Shown: positions 30,001 through 34,536 of the stretch, piece after piece | Layout: every line of letters begins with the position of its first letter | Position numbering within the stretch: position 1 is the stretch's first letter | Source of the DNA: an uncultured virus (IMG/VR IMGVR_UViG_3300045004_000209) | Lineage: Duplodnaviria; Heunggongvirae; Uroviricota; Caudoviricetes | IMG/VR virus record: IMGVR_UViG_3300045004_000209 | Direction: 5' to 3' (one strand) | DNA: 34,536 nt | The notes under the pieces: model-generated | What the model was told of the DNA's origin: nothing | Database searches by the model: none | Seen by the model: only the letters and a program-made list of their open reading frames with translations | Translations under genes and position numbers: made by a program

Positions 30001-33000
30001 CAGATGATGTAAGCTCTAGTTTTGCGTCGAAAAACATTCCAATCAACCCGCCAATAACGTATCGCACATACATGAACGTTCGTTCTGCAATCGTGAAGGC
30101 CAATGGCGATTCTGTTTCTGCTTTGCGTAGCGAGTCTTCCCCTGGAGCTCTTCCATACCAGAGGGGCATGATCAGGTACTCCATCAATTCGACAATCACT
30201 GTTCCTTTTGGATCGGCTGAGCCCATCTCCATCAAGCCATCTACGTCAAGTTTGGACAGGCACAGTTGGATGTGGTGGGGTAAGTGGGTCTGGCAACTTA
30301 TTAATTCTGGACAAGTTCCCTCCATCAGTGACCCCATGTCACTTCTTGGCATCGAATCATGGTGGCACAGCACCGGAGGCGACCAAAGTGAAGTCGGAGC
30401 TTCTGACAGAAGCGACTTCTTGGATGGCTATGTAACCGCAGCCTCCTCTGCCTCTGCGCTCGTGGTGGGTAATTCCCGCTGCATCTCCTCTGAAGACGAT
30501 GTGACGATGCAGCTGAAGGTTTACAGATATAATGCAACCGGGCCAACTAATGGAACTTGGACATTGGCCACAACTGTCAACATCAATTCTGTGCAAGAGA
30601 TGGGAAACGACAATTTTGGGACAAAATATCACCCACACAGCTACTTGCCTCAGCGTCTTGTTCTCGCCGTGTCTGATGATGCCAACATAATATGCGTTGC
30701 AGGGCACACGTGGGGGTCGGGATCGATACCTGGAGTTCCCAAAAATACCATGGTAACCATACTGAAGCTGACGAACGGACAGTACAATGGGGTAACGAGC
30801 ATTGTGCCACCTGAAGATATTGACAATTATTTCGCCACCAAGATGGAGATTCAAGACAATCCAGGTGGCGGATACAGGCTCAACATCTTGTGCTCAACAG
30901 ACCCTGTTGCTGCAGGTCAGAACTTTTTTAGCTACCCTGCTTCCAACAAAACCCATTCTTACATCCTAGATACCCAAGGTACGCCCGCGAAGGTTGCTGA
31001 GTGCACTGATTTGCTGCCGCCTGCAGAAATTGGCTTCACCAACAGCGGTGCAGCCAATCTCAACCACTGGGTTGCAACGCCATCTCCTGCATACAACGGA
31101 AACCAGACGGCTACATGGGCTGGCAGCAGCCTTGTGATAACGACTCTCAACAGGATCATGTCTCTTCAGAGCAGCAGATTTGGATGGATGGTTCAGTCGC
31201 ACACCGATAGACCATTCAAGTTTTCAGATTGCAAAGTTCTTTCATCTGATTTCAACACCTACCAATCTCAATTCTCCTGCCCTCCAGATCAGTCGTTCTG
31301 CTCAAACTATACAGATGTGCCAAAGTTTCCATCGCCTGCTGCTGGAAACCAGATGTCCGATGGTCGTGTTCGGGCATCATTCTTCATACCGCAGACTGTT
31401 GGCTCGGAAAATGATTCAGGCTTCTACCAGGTTGATAATGCCAATTCAACGCAATCTGGCTGGTTCACTGCTGTAGGCAGCGACGCACAGACCCTCACTC
31501 TCCCCCACTTGGCCATCGGTAGAGCCCTAAACTCCACCATAAAGGATCCTCAACTGTCATCAGCAGATTTTGATCCTGGGGTGCAGGGCAGGATATTTAA
31601 GGTCATCATCGAAGGTAGCCAGGCCGGAGAATTTGTAGGCATGGCCGGAGACTTTGGCCTGGTCGTGAGGAGACCGCTGTTTGCATCTGTAAATGGCGTA
31701 TCCCGTCTTGATTGGCCATTCTCGGGCGCACTCACGGTTCTTCCCAAGCATTTCATAAGGTTTTCCGATGAGGCATCGGCGATAAGGAATACATCTGCCA
31801 ACTCTCTTGATATAATTGATGCTGGCGTCATCGCCCCGACATTCAACTCTGCGAATATTATTGTCTTGAAAGACGGTCTAGACAGAGCCGATCCAGGTGG
31901 TGTTGCGGTTGCCTACCTTGCTCCCAGCCAGTGGGCTGAGAAGAGTAAAAATGTCGTGCCTAGTGGTCAACTTGTGTCACTCAGGATATCCAACAGTCAG
32001 GTACAGCAGAGATCCGCAACAACTACCGGCATCTTTCCTGAAACTGGCTCTCAACGAGTTTCGACCACATCTCAATCATTTGGCATAGCATCGCCCATGG
32101 CAATAACCGTGGGCGGAGCTTCTGCCTGTGGCGCAGGAGCATTTGACATATCTAAGCCATGCCGCAGCCCTATCGCCCCGCTCGAGGGTCGGGCCTTCGG
32201 ATCTGGCTCTAGCCCCTGGATGGTGGTGGTCGAAAGGCACACTCTTGATTCCACCTACTTCTCCTACCAAGGTATTGATTTTGGCATACGAGGCATATCG
32301 GTAACCGATGCATCCCAATTGCGTATGGCTGAGCCGTTCTCCGTGTCGCCCCAGTCCCCCTTTGATCCTCTTGGGCACATGGGAAGGATGGGATGGTGCG
32401 CCAACCGGTCATACAAGGTTGCAGGCTGGTCTGTAGCCACAAAAGATGTGATTTTCGGTCACCTGCGCGACATTCTCGACCCCAAATTTGGAAATGTGTA
32501 CAATCGAGACATGATATGCCTAGCCAGTGCAGATGGGCTTGGCGACCCCGATGGCATAACTAGTTATGTATGGGCCTATCCAACCCCAGTTTCGGGGGTC
32601 ACAACCACGAAGAAGTGTGTATGCGAGTCGGACCCATACGGGGGCATATTGTGGCTCAAGCGCCTCATGTCTCTTCCGTACACGCCCAAGACATCGCACC
32701 TTGCCCTGCGTTGCCTCAACGGAACTGGAACCGTTCCAGACCAACAGGCGACCATGTACAGCCGCTTTGAAGCTGGTGCAAGCCCTCTCAAGGCTCTCGT
32801 TTTTATTCTGACTGCAGATATTCCGACTGCTAACGAAGGGATCACGGGTGCTAACATGGCCTCAACTGACGCACATATTAGAAAATCTTGGGCAGAAAGT
32901 GTAAATAATAACCTCAAATCTGCCGAAATATTAACTTCAGAAGGCGGCGTGCACTTTGTTGATCTTGTCAAGCGACCTTTGGAAGATACTTACAGGAGGG

Positions 33001-33074
33001 CTTGTGAGATCCTCGCAGAAGTGTCAGGAGGGAGTTACATCTCTCTCGGAAGACCTCTCTCGGAAAGCAGGTGA
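24066..33074 (+). CDS. Giant (3002 aa) multidomain protein with two RCC1/BLIP-II-like beta-propellers and a possible C-terminal vWA-like segment; candidate tail/receptor-binding protein
   Basis: GTG start in a GTGA overlap, a Gly/Ser linker, degenerate RCC1 blades at about 25370-26220, near-perfect RCC1 repeats at 27210-28022, and C-terminal LVFILTADIP...ILAEVSGGSYISL. Confidence 0.75.
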   Translation: MTIRIQQAVWWQAAAYSPASSGDDFDPTQAGGMSSLRLVVDAGTGVDARYFTSDSAGVLAGKACSALRSFTLNTIDSNNDGQNDTVVDQPTFGVRLGDPSLVDGRVIFNPNAQEALAIFGEPRLVINLEDFVAARVPLSFMLMAVYNSGLSLSCSDRSLPNAWFKHSDIPSGIVDPVSSDELRDAMEPKPQTTSDGLNAGFYVKFDRQAEITQIGCCGVSSGGGGGGGGGSSSSSQAPPSECSSGPTLRSYQPAPNKTRIWAVRSGLRTSINPKLLGSLGNPEWSCFGPTPQELVYAEFDNEEKLDTNLDTSVITWHHAGFLVLEDNYNRMFPIDFAGSSENKSPFLGSMYDTLHKLPVDVVDIAWDDRGWLWALCTGPSRTEGTSSDSPESTVDGIYRVLPGGWSYHIADTFSWGGGTTPDSEVTAKLVASKVGKYKKVACSGNSEGHYTFYLTIDGKVEYVHSASVSPVSPPAAVFSSDAVVIDISAGESHACCVFADGSLLAWAMQSDSNSGANHNHIEGPNSSTGTFTKVACRGKHTVALRYDGKIFSWLDDGTVPTPDAAEGETVVDIGCGSGHVAALFNDSESGSNRVEITGTYEDGSTPRNFSDCDKFACGLNCTIVWQDSTLIFDGPADDYLSNLPDVTTVKQISIGDLHAVLVTEDGSLWSWGHSTYGVDHGVPLTYNNSPLSFDGQIAKFESVSCGIRHTCVITDGTFYEPKYSPAVVAYRSKIEIASGILIPDEPAAVMVKSSRDGSLSSVRSHYDGTTILIGRSEYNGNPFDFSEKKDLKIYDDANKTIRVLSANWRPLKSIASVEAIELPKTCGGQIPHPLSSSHKILPVTHDFSESDWTQTDVDGLTVLQLPEFSGVIHVNEEWESDLANFPQKIIDSAALQHFSPNYITASDYFDMGVILYNKYKSFHTVASCFSDSDFVPGSSVLLPISTQFFFNYTGETDVSNTWAKFPSIMIGQSANSDVYKFENNNQYCGFNISTIGREYLRSPFLNNNEEIPFLHGGWRMRSAAVKIQYLKSSLQQETGGVLMPILHNNDSGQTQGVTNVVQVAAGGYHTVAVKGDGTVVAWGRNDDGQATVPAGLTEVTQVAAGGYHTVAVKADGTVVAWGYNGYGQTNVPQGLTGVAQVAAGLHHTVALKWDGTVVGWGSNWAGQTNVPPNLTDVEQVAAGGYHTVAVKFDGTVVAWGKNGNGQATVPAGLTGVEQVAAGGRHTVALKSDGTVVAWGSNYYGQTNVPQGLTGVTQVAAGGYHTVAVKGDGTVVAWGRNDDGQATVPAGLTDVEQVAAGELHTVALKWDGTVVAWGANTRNEDLVTSPVEFQFISDGESIYTNRGILEGNSGRDYTNYALAQCGSCVVLIAGNRIWNDIWRFGDTSFTDYQNQIPSCTNGKYFIAAAARNNTSPNNLFQTKYKEAKMITQTFNYGNNCGTYPFHGVAGCDLVATQEISDGKVHSFIALGSSYFLNQQLTSKIFIIECRIHEKDDGDTNVYARSAYQITAETNRSSAPTGFAASSCGVIVGIFQKKPLSYPGTNKGFIVYRKINSQISEDPDDLNLVNQNGDIQEITTNGSFRLYPVDICIADGQNPMCVFLVARSAVEVNPFDPSPLVYYSLCMFTGSSRIFNNIISLFNNRNTILEEDQTQSEGGLYSQDRSRLFGCAFETEDDSTSIKYVCLRWKDNFRVYKNENTASWTELLRLLVDDSNPAWFGFCRSANNKLLLVKSSGSLVNFWLLQDGQLIDIHYKHSLPISSKTIGISHFKNKLFIVKESANYADPTGETPNFTLEIGNVEQTEYKNGELRYSMLVHMHPTCSRTIINDDPNEERIPFLYVNNQNSELRYSESTTNDNLGSSMPNEKYGVICSAPADFGSAGVRYFFENTSSAFRVYKLSSSGFECVTRNTGITQFKNFGHGVLNDSYSLSRYRPLLEMPKNAPWGEMWSQISANTNRLNTTTNRFVAVGANVHVFLENSDDVSSSFASKNIPINPPITYRTYMNVRSAIVKANGDSVSALRSESSPGALPYQRGMIRYSINSTITVPFGSAEPISIKPSTSSLDRHSWMWWGKWVWQLINSGQVPSISDPMSLLGIESWWHSTGGDQSEVGASDRSDFLDGYVTAASSASALVVGNSRCISSEDDVTMQLKVYRYNATGPTNGTWTLATTVNINSVQEMGNDNFGTKYHPHSYLPQRLVLAVSDDANIICVAGHTWGSGSIPGVPKNTMVTILKLTNGQYNGVTSIVPPEDIDNYFATKMEIQDNPGGGYRLNILCSTDPVAAGQNFFSYPASNKTHSYILDTQGTPAKVAECTDLLPPAEIGFTNSGAANLNHWVATPSPAYNGNQTATWAGSSLVITTLNRIMSLQSSRFGWMVQSHTDRPFKFSDCKVLSSDFNTYQSQFSCPPDQSFCSNYTDVPKFPSPAAGNQMSDGRVRASFFIPQTVGSENDSGFYQVDNANSTQSGWFTAVGSDAQTLTLPHLAIGRALNSTIKDPQLSSADFDPGVQGRIFKVIIEGSQAGEFVGMAGDFGLVVRRPLFASVNGVSRLDWPFSGALTVLPKHFIRFSDEASAIRNTSANSLDIIDAGVIAPTFNSANIIVLKDGLDRADPGGVAVAYLAPSQWAEKSKNVVPSGQLVSLRISNSQVQQRSATTTGIFPETGSQRVSTTSQSFGIASPMAITVGGASACGAGAFDISKPCRSPIAPLEGRAFGSGSSPWMVVVERHTLDSTYFSYQGIDFGIRGISVTDASQLRMAEPFSVSPQSPFDPLGHMGRMGWCANRSYKVAGWSVATKDVIFGHLRDILDPKFGNVYNRDMICLASADGLGDPDGITSYVWAYPTPVSGVTTTKKCVCESDPYGGILWLKRLMSLPYTPKTSHLALRCLNGTGTVPDQQATMYSRFEAGASPLKALVFILTADIPTANEGITGANMASTDAHIRKSWAESVNNNLKSAEILTSEGGVHFVDLVKRPLEDTYRRACEILAEVSGGSYISLGRPLSESR
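24729..24755 (+). repeat. (GGT)9 microsatellite encoding a poly-Gly linker
   Basis: Nine perfect GGT codons within SSGGGGGGGGGSSSSS. Confidence 0.95.
25371..26220 (+). repeat. Seven degenerate RCC1-like blades (protein-level repeat)
   Basis: YKKVACS..., VIDISAGESHACCVFADGSLLAW, FTKVACRGKHTVALRYDGKIFSW, VVDIGCGSGHVAALF, CDKFACGLNCTIVW, VKQISIGDLHAVLVTEDGSLWSWG and FESVSCGIRHTCVITDG. Confidence 0.75.
27210..28022 (+). repeat. Seven-unit 117-bp (39 aa) tandem repeat encoding an RCC1/BLIP-II-type propeller
   Basis: CA[AG]GTCGCGGCGGGC recurs at 27249, 27366, 27483, 27600, 27717, 27834 and 27951. Consensus QVAAGxxHTVA[VL]KxDGTVVAWGxNxxGQxxVPxGLTxVx. Unit 1 is 78/117 GC (67%). Confidence 0.97.
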
Positions 33075-33098
33075 CTTCCGGCTGAAAATTGGTAAGCC

Positions 33099-34536
33099 AT
33101 GCCGAATCCATTTGACCAGACACAATACAGCGTTTCTGCAAAGATTGGGGGTACCTTTGACCCCAATCCGCTCTATTCTGGCGGTTTACCAGGTCTCATG
33201 GCGTCCCTCCGAGATGCAGTCAGGTTACGGCAGGAGGCAGTACGAATAGGATATCTAGATGGGCGTGGCTTAGGCCCCGTCCAGTCCCCCCTTCCTGATT
33301 TTCCCCTTGACACAGAATCATCCGTGGCTCAGGCTACGGTCATGATTGGATCTGCCATCAGGCAATTTTTTCAGGGTGACATATTTTATGAATTTTGGGC
33401 GAGGGGCAGGTGTGCAGCACCTGGACAGGAAGAGTATTTTGGTTTCTTCCGCACAGGATCCTCACCTTCAGAAACTTTTGTCAGATCTCCACAGGACGCA
33501 GGGGCGAGTCAGGGAGACCTTGATCGGGTTTATGCCGGCATATCATTTGGAGGAGACTTTTCTACATTTAAGACTGCCGTCATTGATTGGGCAATATCTT
33601 GCACCAAACTGATCAATGGTCTGACTCATGCCCACACTAGACTTGAGTATGGTCTGCCAAGCGTTACATGCGGCAGTGTCACTGGAGATTGTGGTGGGCC
33701 ATTTGTTTTTGCCCTTCCTGCAGGTGAGGTTGGTCCAATTGATTTTCTAATTGATGCCGCTGCAGCCGTTGTGTGCACAAGAGATGGTCAGCCATATGGA
33801 AATATATGCATACAGTTTTATGCAGGAAGAAGGCCAGGCAGGCTGATCATTACCAGAACAGCCGGAGACAATGCAGAAGATTCAGCCAAGGTTCGCCGAC
33901 CGCTTTGGGGTCTTTATCACATCGGAACAAGTTCATCAGTGAGGGCGTCTTGCCCAACTTCGGAGGGCGCTGGATATTGCAACCCTTACTCCTATGAGGC
34001 TTTGGTGCGGGCGGAGTCGCTCCTACCAATTACTTGGGTTCCTGACGACGATACCTCCTTAAATCCCATCCCTCCATACATGATATTGGCTGATTCAGGT
34101 TGCATCAGCACTGCTTTTGAAACGCCGCCAACACCTTGGAGGAATGGCAATGGAGATGCCGATTATGTTTGTCTTGAAGTCAAGCCTGAATATTTGGGTA
34201 TCAGCGATTTTGTGGGCGGTGATGTTGACAACCCCGAATGGATGTTTTCTGGCTTCGGCACGGGCACACCTTGCCCAGCCTGTGATGCTCTGGGTTATAG
34301 TTCAACATACTGCAATTGTGTAAAGCAGAATGTCTGGACTTCTGATTGCTGTGCTACCTGGACCCCTTCTGATTGTATAGTGGAAAAGTGCAACGGAATT
34401 TGTCCCACATGTCCTATCTACCAAGTTAAAATTGTATGTAAATTTAAGTGTGGATGCAATCCTGCTGGTTCAAGTTGCAACAGTTTTTTCAATGGATATG
34501 AAATTAAAACCTTAACTGGTGCAGTATTAGCCTCAG
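33099..34536 (+). CDS. Hypothetical protein with Cys-rich region, 3' truncated (absent from the supplied ORF track)
   Basis: Manual translation from ATG 33099 (MPNPFDQTQYSVSAKIGG...) is open for 479 codons to the window end, with 14 Cys in 34272-34478. Confidence 0.85.
   Translation, partial: MPNPFDQTQYSVSAKIGGTFDPNPLYSGGLPGLMASLRDAVRLRQEAVRIGYLDGRGLGPVQSPLPDFPLDTESSVAQATVMIGSAIRQFFQGDIFYEFWARGRCAAPGQEEYFGFFRTGSSPSETFVRSPQDAGASQGDLDRVYAGISFGGDFSTFKTAVIDWAISCTKLINGLTHAHTRLEYGLPSVTCGSVTGDCGGPFVFALPAGEVGPIDFLIDAAAAVVCTRDGQPYGNICIQFYAGRRPGRLIITRTAGDNAEDSAKVRRPLWGLYHIGTSSSVRASCPTSEGAGYCNPYSYEALVRAESLLPITWVPDDDTSLNPIPPYMILADSGCISTAFETPPTPWRNGNGDADYVCLEVKPEYLGISDFVGGDVDNPEWMFSGFGTGTPCPACDALGYSSTYCNCVKQNVWTSDCCATWTPSDCIVEKCNGICPTCPIYQVKIVCKFKCGCNPAGSSCNSFFNGYEIKTLTGAVLAS

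Noticed and set aside
317..32971. Minus-strand ORFs in the track (up to 165 aa)
   Set aside because: All lie antisense to longer + strand genes and show no recognisable motifs.
32956..34323. Short + strand ORFs 32956-33249, 33346-33612, 33773-33997 and 34117-34323
   Set aside because: They are out-of-frame overlaps of the long ORF starting at 33099.
1..34536. Stop-codon reassignment, as in some large phages
   Set aside because: The standard code gives near-complete coding density, and TAA, TGA and TAG all end genes at sensible positions.

Overview
34.5 kb of almost gap-free, entirely + strand coding sequence (genes abut or overlap by a few nt; standard genetic code works). The gene content is most consistent with a large bacteriophage rather than a cellular chromosome: a phage-type dNMP kinase, a MOC1/RuvC-type resolvase, a phage metallopeptidase-like protein, many orphans and very large probable virion proteins. 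From left to right: (i) the C-terminal half of a UvrD/PcrA helicase; (ii) a nonulosonic (sialic-like) acid module (DUF115/Maf-like putative transferase, NeuA-like CMP-synthetase, short NeuB-like synthase, KdsC-like HAD phosphatase) followed by a GT4-GT2 fusion; (iii) orphans, including two apparent pseudo-enzymes; (iv) dNMP kinase, DnaX, a SigH-like sigma factor, a beta clamp and a HolA-like subunit; (v) an NDP-sugar epimerase, the resolvase and Cys/His-motif proteins; (vi) 1282, 638 and 3002 aa proteins plus a Cys-rich ORF running off the right end, which the ORF track misses. The 3002 aa protein holds an old, degenerate 7-blade RCC1-like propeller and a young, GC-rich 7 x 117 bp RCC1/BLIP-II cassette. 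In that cassette the framework codons are nearly invariant, a few loop codons are hypervariable, and sub-blocks are shared between units in a patchwork. I found no RNA genes, CRISPR arrays or transposases. All family assignments are motif recognition by eye, not database searches.
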